DNA of 64,000 nt from a virus: IMG/VR virus record IMGVR_UViG_3300023179_000016, positions 64,001 through 128,000 of that record, one strand, 5' to 3'. The notes below the pieces were generated by a model. That model saw only the letters and a list, made by a program, of their open reading frames with translations, ran no database searches and was not told the DNA's origin. A program made the translations under genes and the position numbers. Below are positions 17,663 through 28,436 of this stretch, piece after piece (position 1 is the stretch's first letter; every line of letters begins with the position of its first letter).

Positions 17663-18676
17663 ATGTTATTTGATGATCCATTTGATATCGTAGATGATAG
17701 CTCTATCTGGAGAGATAGCGGCAGTTTTGTGGCCGTAGAGGATAAAGATCCGTATTTGAGAAGGGGCATCATTAAAAAAGTAATCAAAGACAACTCAACT
17801 AATAAATTAAAATTTCTTGTCGAGGTTTATCATTTAGGTCGTCAATTAGAAACTATATGCGATCTAATGTTGAGAAGCGGTGGGGTTTTTAACTATGAAG
17901 AAATAGTACCTAGGGGATACAAAATAGAAGACAAGCTAGATGAATTTGCTTCTTATAACGCAAAACCAGGGGACATGGTGATAGTTGCATCACTCAATGG
18001 GCAATTTAGAGAGGGCATCATTTTAGGTTTTATGATGCACACCTCTAGAAAAGCCACTTTAGATTATGAAAAGGGTCCACAACACATACAAGAATTTAAT
18101 GGTGTTGAGACACATATAAACGAAAATGGTGAATATAAATTAACTTTTAAAGGTCTTCAAAAAAACATAGATAAGCTAAAAGAAAAACCTACTAGTGAAG
18201 CACCTAAACCACAATATGATGATTCTATAGGCGGTTCGTATCTTAAATTTGACAAGACTGGTAGTTTTTTATTAACCGACTCTGCCAAAGAGAATCCTCA
18301 ATCTATTAATATAGATAAAACTAATGGATCATTGGTGATTACATCTGGAAAAATAGTTTTAACTATGAGCAAAAACGATGAAAAAATATCTATAAAAAAT
18401 AAAATAACAAACATTGACTCAGAGACCAGTATATCTCAAAATACAAAAGAGTTTAGCGTGTCTGCAACCGGCTCTACAAAACTAAAAAGCCCTAAAATAG
18501 CGATAGGTAACGATGGAACAGAGTTATTAGATCAGTTAGCTAAATTAATCGATGGATTAGGAAAAGTTCAACCAATATCGCCGCTTGGCCCTTGTACACC
18601 GTTACAGGCTACGCCCCAATGGGCAGAAGTAATGTCTATAAAATCTAAAATAAAAGACATAACAGGCGCTTTGTAA
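17663..18676 (+). CDS. Probable baseplate central spike (gpV/gp5-like)
   Basis: OB-fold-like PGDMVIV...GIILG followed by beta-rich repeats. Confidence 0.6.
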   Translation: MLFDDPFDIVDDSSIWRDSGSFVAVEDKDPYLRRGIIKKVIKDNSTNKLKFLVEVYHLGRQLETICDLMLRSGGVFNYEEIVPRGYKIEDKLDEFASYNAKPGDMVIVASLNGQFREGIILGFMMHTSRKATLDYEKGPQHIQEFNGVETHINENGEYKLTFKGLQKNIDKLKEKPTSEAPKPQYDDSIGGSYLKFDKTGSFLLTDSAKENPQSINIDKTNGSLVITSGKIVLTMSKNDEKISIKNKITNIDSETSISQNTKEFSVSATGSTKLKSPKIAIGNDGTELLDQLAKLIDGLGKVQPISPLGPCTPLQATPQWAEVMSIKSKIKDITGAL

Positions 18677-18714
18677 GATAAATGGACTAACGCAATATAG
18701 TTTATAATAAGTTT

Positions 18715-19662
18715 ATGTCTATACAGAATCTTGCCAACATATTAGATAACTCAGTTAAATCACTATTAAATAAATCTTCAAATACTGCTAAAGGGCCAGA
18801 TGTTGCCCAAGAAGATGTTAAAAAGACTTTAGATGATATATATTCAATTTCATCAGATGACTGGTATTCTGCTAAACCATATGGTTTTAAATTTCAATAT
18901 AAACAAAAAAATAGATATATGGTCATGTTTTTGCCAATAGGGCCTAGCAACATCAATATAAATACAAATTTTGCTACTAATATCATACCTACATTATATG
19001 GAACTGTAGAGGAACACTCGCCTGTTAGGTATTACGATATATCTATAGAAGGCACCACCGGAATGGCGCCAAAATACATTAGCCCAAAACATGTAAGCGA
19101 TCCGGCAGAGGCCAGTAAGATATCAAAAGATAGAACGACAGGTAGATCCTCCTTTACAGTAAGTAAAAATGCACTAGGCATTTTTCCTAAAACGCTCAAT
19201 CTAGTTCAACAAACCATTGATAAAGCCGCAGATATTTTAAGTTCACCTAAAACTGAACTTGGCGTCAATAACGACAATAGCGGGTATGTTGCATTTCACA
19301 ATCTATATAGATTTTTATTACTTTACAAGAAAAACATACTTGAGGAATCCGAGGAGAAAGAACCGCTAATATTCTTCAATTATAAAGATAATAATGAATA
19401 TTATGTAACTATTAAAAATTTCTCATTAAGAAGATCTGCCGAAAACCCAATGTTATATTATTACAGCATACAAATGCGTGCGTATAATCTTAGGTCAATA
19501 GGCGGCAACAAAATAGAATACGACTTAAAGAACAGAATTAAAGAATTAGGTTTAGATGGCGTCACTTCATCGTCGTTGTTTGGCGAATTTAAATCTGTAA
19601 GCAATAAGGCTAAATCTGGCATGGCTTTAATTAAAGGTGTTGGTAGATCGGTAGGTAGATAA
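18715..19662 (+). CDS. Baseplate / tube-initiator-like structural protein
   Basis: LPIGP...ISIEGTTG...FSLRRS...YYYSIQM pattern; position. Confidence 0.5.
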   Translation: MSIQNLANILDNSVKSLLNKSSNTAKGPDVAQEDVKKTLDDIYSISSDDWYSAKPYGFKFQYKQKNRYMVMFLPIGPSNININTNFATNIIPTLYGTVEEHSPVRYYDISIEGTTGMAPKYISPKHVSDPAEASKISKDRTTGRSSFTVSKNALGIFPKTLNLVQQTIDKAADILSSPKTELGVNNDNSGYVAFHNLYRFLLLYKKNILEESEEKEPLIFFNYKDNNEYYVTIKNFSLRRSAENPMLYYYSIQMRAYNLRSIGGNKIEYDLKNRIKELGLDGVTSSSLFGEFKSVSNKAKSGMALIKGVGRSVGR

Positions 19663-19665
19663 ATA

Positions 19666-21267
19666 ATGTCTACTATAAATAAAGCATATTCTGCCATTGC
19701 AGACATTAACTTATGGTATAAAAATAAGTCTAATGACGATTTAGTTTTAGCAGATATACCTAGTTTAATACCATTGAGATGGGCGTATTTTAGAGATAAT
19801 TGGGAGTTTATCAAGCAAACATTGGTAAATTCTATTAGTAGCAATGACGATCCAGATTTTTTTAATAGTCAAATAAAAGATTTTTCTAATTTTATTTATT
19901 ATCAAAGAACAATTACAGCTAAAATCAATCCGTTTTCAGATTCAAATAATTTTTATAGGTTTTACTACATATTTAATCAAATATCTGTACAGTCTATTAA
20001 CTTAAACAATGAAGAAATAAAAATAATAGAAAATGAAAAATTAAGAGTTAGCGCTTTTTCTAGAAATAATTTCATAAGTGCAAAAAACGATATAATAGAG
20101 TATAGAGATAGATTAGCAGATACATGCGGTTTAAGCGATGATGCCTACAATACTGCATTTAATAAAAGCTCTATACCTGCGCAAACAACAGCCACAATAG
20201 ACGACATAAATTTAATAAACACGCTACAGCAAAGTGTGAAAACAATAGATTTTATATTAGCAAATCTATTTGCTGTAGATGTGGCAGTAGATCCATTTGC
20301 TATTGCTAGAGCCAACGCAAATAACCCTAATATAAATATTGGTCAATATAGTTCTGGTACACTTGTTAAAATTAACTATGGTGAAAGCTTGCAATCTTTA
20401 GCTAATAGATATCTAGGCAATCCAGATAAATGGTTGGATATAGCTATAGCCAATGGCTTAAAGCCTCCATATATAGACGAAGTGGGTGAAAAATTACCGT
20501 TACTATCTAACGGAAGAGAGAATCAAATAAATCTTTCTGAAACTGATCTTAATGGTTTATTAAACATAGATAAGCTCTACATAAATCAACCCGTGTTTTT
20601 GCAGTCCTCAACTCAAGTAACTATAGATCAAAGAACTATAGTTAACATAAGACAGATACCGATATCCGGAGAGATAATATTAGAGTTAGACGGTGCTAGA
20701 GATTTAGATAAATATCAAGTAGCTGATAATGCCAGAATCAGGGTATTTAAGCCAAACACTATAAATAGTTCTTTTTATGTACTGATACCATCCAATGCAC
20801 CATTGGACACCAATAGAAAGGAAGAAGTGCCATGGTTTTTGGCAAAAAAAGCAGAAGATGAGAAAAAAGCAAGAATAGACTTCTATATCGACGACAACAA
20901 TGACCTATCCTTCGATACCAACGGTGATTTAAAACTTAATTTTGGCATAGATAACGCAATACAGGCTATAAAACTTAAACTATCTACCGAATTAGGCACA
21001 TTAAATCGCCATCCAAATTTTGGTTTAGTAAATGTCATAGGTGAAAACAGTAATAATATAAGCGGCATAAAAAAGACGTTGACTCAATCAATAGTTGATC
21101 AAATAGCTCAAGATGCCAGATTTGATAGGGTAGAACAGTTATCTGTCAGTTATTTAGTAAATAAACTTACTAATGAGGGGGTAGCTGGCTTTATCATAAA
21201 CCTTTCGGTACGCCTAGCAGGCAGTAAACAAGTAATTCCTATAAGTTTTACTATAAATAACACTTAA
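19666..21267 (+). CDS. Baseplate wedge protein, LysM-like domain fused to a gp25-like domain
   Basis: GESLQSLANRYLGNPDKWLDIAIANGL (LysM-like); GIDNAIQAIKLKL...HPNFG...DARF (gp25-like). Confidence 0.7.
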   Translation: MSTINKAYSAIADINLWYKNKSNDDLVLADIPSLIPLRWAYFRDNWEFIKQTLVNSISSNDDPDFFNSQIKDFSNFIYYQRTITAKINPFSDSNNFYRFYYIFNQISVQSINLNNEEIKIIENEKLRVSAFSRNNFISAKNDIIEYRDRLADTCGLSDDAYNTAFNKSSIPAQTTATIDDINLINTLQQSVKTIDFILANLFAVDVAVDPFAIARANANNPNINIGQYSSGTLVKINYGESLQSLANRYLGNPDKWLDIAIANGLKPPYIDEVGEKLPLLSNGRENQINLSETDLNGLLNIDKLYINQPVFLQSSTQVTIDQRTIVNIRQIPISGEIILELDGARDLDKYQVADNARIRVFKPNTINSSFYVLIPSNAPLDTNRKEEVPWFLAKKAEDEKKARIDFYIDDNNDLSFDTNGDLKLNFGIDNAIQAIKLKLSTELGTLNRHPNFGLVNVIGENSNNISGIKKTLTQSIVDQIAQDARFDRVEQLSVSYLVNKLTNEGVAGFIINLSVRLAGSKQVIPISFTINNT

Positions 21268-21305
21268 TATGTTAAAATCATAGTATAAACTAATAAAGGG
21301 CGTTT

Positions 21306-24300
21306 ATGGCTATAGAGATTAGAAGTTATAATCAAATATTAGGTGACATGATAAGAAAGGTAATCGCTGAGACTGCCTTAAACGATATCAATACTGGTTC
21401 AGTTCTTCTAACTCTGTTAGAGGCAGTAGCCTCTAATGACTTTGAAAATAATGCTGCAGTATTAAATATATTAGATTTATTAAACATAGATGCAGTAATA
21501 AATAATGACTTAGATGCTAGAGCGGCTGATTATAGTTTAGTAAGAAGAACAGCAATAAAGGCATCTGGTTTAGTAAACATATACAACAGCAATATAGTAA
21601 AGCGCAGCACTGGTTTGTATGTTATTAAACCACCACCAATAGCTGGACAAACAAAATTATACGTAAATGACACAGACGGCTGGTCTTCTACTGGATCTCT
21701 TTATATAGGTAGAGGGACTCAAAGCTTTGAGGGACCAATATCATATACCAATATAACTGTCTATTCAACGTATTCAGAGATAACATTAGCATCAGCATTG
21801 CAAAAAGATCATTTGATATCAGATGTAGTAATAGATTCTCAGGGAGAACCAGATAGAACTATTGCTGCTGGCACTATTGTAAAGATACCAGCTAACAATC
21901 AAAATCCAGAGACAAAGTACGCTACTCTTAGAGATGCGGTAATTCCATCAGGAGAAGATTCTATCGATGGCGTAGAAGTTATTGCGCTGGTTGCCGGCTC
22001 TTCTGCCAATGCTGGAATAAATACAATCACTGAATTTGACTCTATTCCATTTTCTGGCGCAAAGGTTACAAATACGACTGCATTTTCCAGCGGCAAAGAT
22101 ATAGAAACAGATACCGAATTAAGAAACAGGATAAAATCCTATACTGTAACGCTAGCGAGAGGTACTGCCCCAAGTATCGTATCATCCATAATAGGTGTAT
22201 CTGATCCGGACGAGAGCAAGCAGATTGCCTCTGCAGTGTTGACAGAGCCGATTGATGTAGGCGAACCGTCCATATTGTATGTTGACGATGGATCTGGATT
22301 CCAGCCATCTTATGCTGGACAATCGGTGGACATATTGCTAAGTGAAGCCAATGGCAGTGAAGAGTTTCTTCAACTGGCAAACTATCCGGTTCCAAGACCA
22401 CAAGTAGTTAACGTTGCGGATGGACCGTTTAATATTCAAGATGGTTCGTTCTTGCGCGTAAATATCGACGGAACAGAAGAGACTGTATATTTTAGCTCTA
22501 GTCAATTTTTAAATATGTCTGCCGCAACTGTTGCAGAAATTGTTGTCGCTATCAATACATCATCCACATTATTTAAGGCCAGATTTACCAACAATTCTAA
22601 AAATATACTTATATATCCTGTCGCGCACAATGCAGAAATAATACAGGTTGCGGCCCTTAGAGCCACAGATGATTCCTCCTTATATATTAATACTCTATTA
22701 AAATTCCCAACAGATGAATTTAGTTATATATCGCTATATCAAAATAGCACTCGTCTAAGGGAAAAATCGAAGACTGCAGAACTGACAACGACTCCATATG
22801 CTCAATGGAATATCGCGGTAGAGAGCAATATAATAATATCTGTAGATGGCACTCCAGCTCAAGATAGAAGTTTTGCGCTCAGCGATTTTCCCGGCTCTCC
22901 GTCTTTTTCCTCGTTAACGTTAGAAAATTGGATAACCGCATTCAATAATAAGTTTGCAGGTCTTACAGCGATATCTACGCCAAGCCAAACAATGTTGATC
23001 AGATCAAACAAGGAGGGTGCTTCTTCGAGTATACAAATAGTAGGAGGCACTCTATTGAATAAGTGGTTTGCAAATCTAGATAAAGAATCTGTCGGACAGA
23101 CCGCTCAATTTCAATTAAATAGACAGACCGGCAATCTTAGAATATTGACAGACATCGAGCAGGGCGATATAATCTCTGCCGGTGTAGAAGATGCTAAAGG
23201 TTTTGTAATTTCTAGCGTTACTACTTCAGGCACATATAATTTCGGCACTGATTCTTTTGGTAGGCCTGCCAACATGGTAGTAGTTGTAGATTCCACATAT
23301 TGCAATCAGATTTCTGTTCCATTGTTGATAGGAAGCACTTTGGTGATTTCTTCTGCCGGTGCCTCGACAATGAGAATTATGTCTAGTTCTTCAGATTCTT
23401 TTGCTGCCTTAAAACCATCAGATTATGTATATCTCACACCAAGAAATTCTTGGTTAGATCCTGCTAATACTGGTCTATTTAAAATAAAGGCAAAAGGTAG
23501 TCATACATTAGCTGGGAGCGATACATTTATTGACGTTGAAAACCCTGGGATGATCGCGGAGGGGGTATCGCCTCCAATAACTATAGCAGACTCTTTAGAT
23601 ATAAAAGGTTTTGAGACGGATGGGTATCCTCAGGTCTGGCGTGGATCTTATTTAGATAACCCCCCTGCTGAACCGATCAGTGGCGTAATAGATTCTCTTA
23701 ATAGCGATCTTGCTGGTGTGCTGGCCACATTATATAAATCAAACTCAATCAAGATAACATCGACAAGCGAAAAAAATGGCAATATAGCTATACCTGTATC
23801 TATAAGCAATGCGTCAGTTATATTTGAAGAAACTTCGACAGCACAAACAGGAAACCCCGCACATGTAGCTACAAGAGTCTCCGATAAATCATTGGTTGGC
23901 ATGTTTAAAAGAACAAATCCGACAACTACTAATGTATTTCTTGATAGACATGTATATAGCGATATTAAGGGTTCTTTAACCTCTATCAGCTATCCAGATT
24001 CTCCACCCTTTTCTGGCCCATATAGCGAAAATATAGAATCTACGGGTGTACTAACTGATGCTAACGTCTCGTATGACGATTACGTCTCGTTTACAAGAGG
24101 CAACAATAGAGGCCAGATTAGAGAAATAAACACTAAAATTTCTGGCGATATGGTTGGCACTCAACAAGGGGTTGCAAGAACAGAGAGAGATCATGTAGTC
24201 GGAGACGAGATTCAGCTTATGAGACCTCTTTCTCTATCGACAGATGATAGCATTGTCGTCGTCATGGACAAAGATCCGACTACTAAGACTGTTGATATAA

Positions 24301-27300
24301 AAATGGCCAGAACCGCAAGAACAAATTCTGGCTCTATTGGTTCATTCTTACCTACAACTACAGAATTTTCAGCAGATGACGAAGATAATGAACCTGGAAT
24401 AAATTTTGGTAATACAAACGTTTGGGGAACAACGATCAATGGCACCAATTTTAATGATTACGCTATCTGGATGCGCGCTAGGAATTGGTATTCCACGGGT
24501 GGAGTAAGCGGATCCGGCGGCAAAATGCTGGTTAGATCTGCTCAATATGGACCCAATGGCGAAAAATTAAGATTTAGCATAGAGTATCCTACCGCAGCTA
24601 ATCAGTCACCCACTACAACATATACGAATACGCCCTCGTATAGCTTAAATTCTTATTTCTTTGGCTCAGGCCCACAAAAGGCTAGTGCCTTATCTGCCGG
24701 CGATGTTGTCACTATATATGGACCATATCCAGATGATAGCACTAATTTTCCAAGCGGAGCTGCCTCTTCTGGTAATTTCTATGACTATGAATTTTCTGCT
24801 GGCTCTCTAGCAAGTATCGCTGTAGGTGATGTGGTCTCTATAGGAAGCGATTCTGGCTTGCAATCTTCTAATTGCGGTCAATTTAGCGTATTTAATAAAA
24901 GTGGACTAACTATCAGAGTATTTAATCCTAGTGCTGTAGCGTCTTTTGCTGGTGCTCAAGAAATCACTAATATAACATGCGTGGCTGATATCGTAGGTAG
25001 TCCTACTATATATGAGATAAGTGCATCCGGCGACTCAATGATGACACCAATCAATCAAAAATATTTTGTTATTTATGACAGTGCTGGTTCAGTTGGAGTA
25101 TGGTATGACGTAAATAATACCGGTTCTATGCCACCACCAATGTTTGGAATAAATAGGACTATAAAAGTTGCCTCTGTTATAAGCGGTGATCTTGCTGACG
25201 ATGTTGCATCAAAGACTGCCGCAGTCTTAAATCTAGATGGTGCCTTTACTGTAACTAACTTAGGTGGAATTTTTTATGTTACTAATGTAGTCAATGGGGC
25301 TTTCACGAGCGGTAACGGTGGCACATTAATATGGCCAGTTACCACTACAGTAGGATCGCCGGATATCACTGTAGATGGTAAGTATTTTACATTAAATGAC
25401 TCTTCTGGCTCTGTGGCATTCTGGTATGATGTCGGTAATGATGGAACACCAGAGCCGTTTCACGGAGCAGATAGATCGGTAAAAATAGATTCTGTTGCTT
25501 ATGGTGACAGCGCTGCAAATGTTGCAGCTGCAACTGCAGCTGCAATTAATTCCGATCCTCAATTCAACGCAATTAACGTTGGCGATGTTGTCACTGCAAC
25601 CAATGTCTCTATAATGGACGTCAATGATGCGTCTGCTGGGACATCTGGTTTTGCGATTAATGTGGTCGATGGTTCCTCTCCTATCAATGAAACTATATCA
25701 AATCCAGGCGATATAGTGTTTTTCTCGCTCACTGGAACTGACGTGTCTACGATACAATCTACTGTAAACGATAAAGAAATATTAGAGATTGCCGCGGCAG
25801 GAAGCACTTCGTCAACCATAACTAAAGCAACAAAAGAAGATGTATATGCGTATTCTGGTAATTCTAGTGCTCTAGCATATAATCATAACCCTAATTCTAA
25901 CTCTTTAAGAGGTTTTATTAGTCTATATGATGGCGTAAATTGGGTAAAAGAATTTAAAAATACTGATCCTAATTTTACAGTAAAAAAGACTTTCACTCTA
26001 AATAACGTCGCTCCCAGCGTATATCAAATGAACACCGCGCCTAATTATAATTCTAGTTCTTTAGGTGAACTATTTAAACTTATACCAGTTACAGTAACAA
26101 ATATACACCATCATTTAACACAAAAAGCTCTATCACAGCTGCCTATTATCTCCAATATTAGAATATGCAATGATAGAAAAAATGTACAAATAACATCTAA
26201 AAATCTAGGTTCTTCTGGCGCTATAGAGATAATAGGCGGCAATGCCAATAAATCTCAAGCATATCTCGAGAGTGAATCTGAAGTTGCCACAGATACGAGT
26301 GGTCAGTATCTATTAGCTAAAATACCCGCATACCCAGATACATTTAATATAGGTGATTATGTAAAATTAGAGAACGATTCTGGTGTTAAAAGATATTCTA
26401 GATTAATATCTAGCGACACCATCACGGTTACAAATACTACAACCGGCATAGTCGAATATAATTTTAATCCTAAAACAACCAATATATCTAGCTCTACTGC
26501 TTTTACTATTACTGATGTATCTTCTTCATATGGAAGACCTTCTGGATTTATATGGCGCTGGACACATGATGGTTCTGCTACACTCGCACAAGTGAAAGCA
26601 GGCGACCTAGTATACGCATTTGGCGCTACATTAAGTTGGGATCAAGGTAACAAGGTTAGAGTTACCGGCGATGACAATGTATCTGGTCTTCCAATAATAA
26701 ACGTGAATGATGCCTTAAATTATTTTGATGTTGTTAATTCTTACGGCAAAAGTATGTCCTCTACTGTAGTCGGCGTAAACAATGTAGTGCAAATATGTCC
26801 AACTCCAGTAATTAAATGGAATCTAAGCCACAGAACAAGAACCAATATATTATCTATTGTTGGTAATGGCACTACTGCAACTATAACCTGCGTAAATGCC
26901 CATATGCTGAACACTGGGGACGTTGTAGATATAATAGACAGCGACAACATACCGGATGGTATCTATGGGCCCATAGTTGCAATAGCAGAAAATAAATTGA
27001 CAATAGCTTATGTATCTTCTCCTTTTATCGAGACCAGTTCCGGCGCAACTGTAATTAAAGATGGCATAACACCTACCAGATACAGAGTAGAAAAATTAGG
27101 CTATAACGGCATGACTAGAATATCTAGGCAAGACGGGCAGTCACCGCGTTTTGCCGATAACGGTGTTGCCGTGGATGATTATGTTGTGGTGGGCGGTAAT
27201 ACTTTTGCATCTAATAATAATGGTAGATTTAGAGTAGTTTCTGTCGACAATGATTCAATAATCATCATTAATGACACTGCTACAGATGAACTAAATACCG

Positions 27301-28436
27301 TAACACCGTTTAATAATAAAAATAAATATGCTGTTTGGACTTCCAATACAAATATAGTGACAGGGGATCCAGGGACCTTTAAGAACGTGTTTGTTGGTAC
27401 TTGGGTTAAAAAACCAGAAGACCCAGACTCGTACTATAGACAAGTTGTATCTATGTCTCCTATTACACCATCATTAGCCACTACTATAACCTTAGGTGCA
27501 AACTATAGTGGTTCTAGTGCTACAGCATCTGGCGTTAAATATGACATGTTAAATGATTATGATAAAGGGGTGATATTGCAGAGCATAGACGATATAAAAA
27601 TATATGAGGGCGATTCTGCTGTAGTTGGAGACACACTGTACGTTCAGAATATAGTTAATTCTAATTGGTTCAGTGTTGGCAATGTGGGCAGTTTTGCTGT
27701 AACTGGCATTGGAACTAATGAAGTTAGACTTAATCCTCTTTCTGATGTAATTGCACACAAACCGTTTTTGAGAGTCAATAATGCTGCTGGTTCATCGCAA
27801 TCAAACAGATTGATGTCTGTAAACACGTCTGGTTTCTATCTTATAGAGAGTAACGCTAATAAATTTAGCACTATCAGACAACTATCGCATGTCGCAATAG
27901 ATGATTTAAATAGCTTAAGAAGATCGCTATATATATCGCCACACAATAGGTCGTATAAATTCAGTAATTCAAATAATACAAGTGTGACCCATATGGGTAA
28001 ATTAGGTTATAGCACAGACGTCACTACCGGCATAGATGGATATCTATACTATACTGGTCTTCTTAGAAGAGCACAAAGGATAGTCGACGGGTATGAACCA
28101 GATCCCGATAATTATCCCGGCAGAAGAGCAGTAGGTGGTTTAATAGAGATATTACCGCCACTGAATCGTAAGATTTCTGTGTCTGTAAACATAACTACAA
28201 ATGAGGGTGTAAATCTTGGCGACATATCTAACAATATAAAATCTGTAGTGATTAATTATGTCTCTACACTGGGAGTCGGAGAAGACGTAATATTGTCAGA
28301 AATAATAGCGTCGATAATGCAAATAAAGGGAGTGGGGGCAGTAACGTTCTCATATCCATCGCCATCTACGGAAAGAATCACTATTGCGGACAACGAAAAA
28401 GCAACTGTCGATCCTAACGATATTGGTATTTCATAA
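21306..28436 (+). CDS. Giant baseplate J/gp6-like wedge protein (2376 aa)
   Basis: N-terminal LDARAADYSL.R...GKDIETDTELRNR...RGT; C-terminal YVSTLGVGEDVILSEI...IKGV; about 1900-aa beta-rich insert. Confidence 0.85.
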   Translation: MAIEIRSYNQILGDMIRKVIAETALNDINTGSVLLTLLEAVASNDFENNAAVLNILDLLNIDAVINNDLDARAADYSLVRRTAIKASGLVNIYNSNIVKRSTGLYVIKPPPIAGQTKLYVNDTDGWSSTGSLYIGRGTQSFEGPISYTNITVYSTYSEITLASALQKDHLISDVVIDSQGEPDRTIAAGTIVKIPANNQNPETKYATLRDAVIPSGEDSIDGVEVIALVAGSSANAGINTITEFDSIPFSGAKVTNTTAFSSGKDIETDTELRNRIKSYTVTLARGTAPSIVSSIIGVSDPDESKQIASAVLTEPIDVGEPSILYVDDGSGFQPSYAGQSVDILLSEANGSEEFLQLANYPVPRPQVVNVADGPFNIQDGSFLRVNIDGTEETVYFSSSQFLNMSAATVAEIVVAINTSSTLFKARFTNNSKNILIYPVAHNAEIIQVAALRATDDSSLYINTLLKFPTDEFSYISLYQNSTRLREKSKTAELTTTPYAQWNIAVESNIIISVDGTPAQDRSFALSDFPGSPSFSSLTLENWITAFNNKFAGLTAISTPSQTMLIRSNKEGASSSIQIVGGTLLNKWFANLDKESVGQTAQFQLNRQTGNLRILTDIEQGDIISAGVEDAKGFVISSVTTSGTYNFGTDSFGRPANMVVVVDSTYCNQISVPLLIGSTLVISSAGASTMRIMSSSSDSFAALKPSDYVYLTPRNSWLDPANTGLFKIKAKGSHTLAGSDTFIDVENPGMIAEGVSPPITIADSLDIKGFETDGYPQVWRGSYLDNPPAEPISGVIDSLNSDLAGVLATLYKSNSIKITSTSEKNGNIAIPVSISNASVIFEETSTAQTGNPAHVATRVSDKSLVGMFKRTNPTTTNVFLDRHVYSDIKGSLTSISYPDSPPFSGPYSENIESTGVLTDANVSYDDYVSFTRGNNRGQIREINTKISGDMVGTQQGVARTERDHVVGDEIQLMRPLSLSTDDSIVVVMDKDPTTKTVDIKMARTARTNSGSIGSFLPTTTEFSADDEDNEPGINFGNTNVWGTTINGTNFNDYAIWMRARNWYSTGGVSGSGGKMLVRSAQYGPNGEKLRFSIEYPTAANQSPTTTYTNTPSYSLNSYFFGSGPQKASALSAGDVVTIYGPYPDDSTNFPSGAASSGNFYDYEFSAGSLASIAVGDVVSIGSDSGLQSSNCGQFSVFNKSGLTIRVFNPSAVASFAGAQEITNITCVADIVGSPTIYEISASGDSMMTPINQKYFVIYDSAGSVGVWYDVNNTGSMPPPMFGINRTIKVASVISGDLADDVASKTAAVLNLDGAFTVTNLGGIFYVTNVVNGAFTSGNGGTLIWPVTTTVGSPDITVDGKYFTLNDSSGSVAFWYDVGNDGTPEPFHGADRSVKIDSVAYGDSAANVAAATAAAINSDPQFNAINVGDVVTATNVSIMDVNDASAGTSGFAINVVDGSSPINETISNPGDIVFFSLTGTDVSTIQSTVNDKEILEIAAAGSTSSTITKATKEDVYAYSGNSSALAYNHNPNSNSLRGFISLYDGVNWVKEFKNTDPNFTVKKTFTLNNVAPSVYQMNTAPNYNSSSLGELFKLIPVTVTNIHHHLTQKALSQLPIISNIRICNDRKNVQITSKNLGSSGAIEIIGGNANKSQAYLESESEVATDTSGQYLLAKIPAYPDTFNIGDYVKLENDSGVKRYSRLISSDTITVTNTTTGIVEYNFNPKTTNISSSTAFTITDVSSSYGRPSGFIWRWTHDGSATLAQVKAGDLVYAFGATLSWDQGNKVRVTGDDNVSGLPIINVNDALNYFDVVNSYGKSMSSTVVGVNNVVQICPTPVIKWNLSHRTRTNILSIVGNGTTATITCVNAHMLNTGDVVDIIDSDNIPDGIYGPIVAIAENKLTIAYVSSPFIETSSGATVIKDGITPTRYRVEKLGYNGMTRISRQDGQSPRFADNGVAVDDYVVVGGNTFASNNNGRFRVVSVDNDSIIIINDTATDELNTVTPFNNKNKYAVWTSNTNIVTGDPGTFKNVFVGTWVKKPEDPDSYYRQVVSMSPITPSLATTITLGANYSGSSATASGVKYDMLNDYDKGVILQSIDDIKIYEGDSAVVGDTLYVQNIVNSNWFSVGNVGSFAVTGIGTNEVRLNPLSDVIAHKPFLRVNNAAGSSQSNRLMSVNTSGFYLIESNANKFSTIRQLSHVAIDDLNSLRRSLYISPHNRSYKFSNSNNTSVTHMGKLGYSTDVTTGIDGYLYYTGLLRRAQRIVDGYEPDPDNYPGRRAVGGLIEILPPLNRKISVSVNITTNEGVNLGDISNNIKSVVINYVSTLGVGEDVILSEIIASIMQIKGVGAVTFSYPSPSTERITIADNEKATVDPNDIGIS

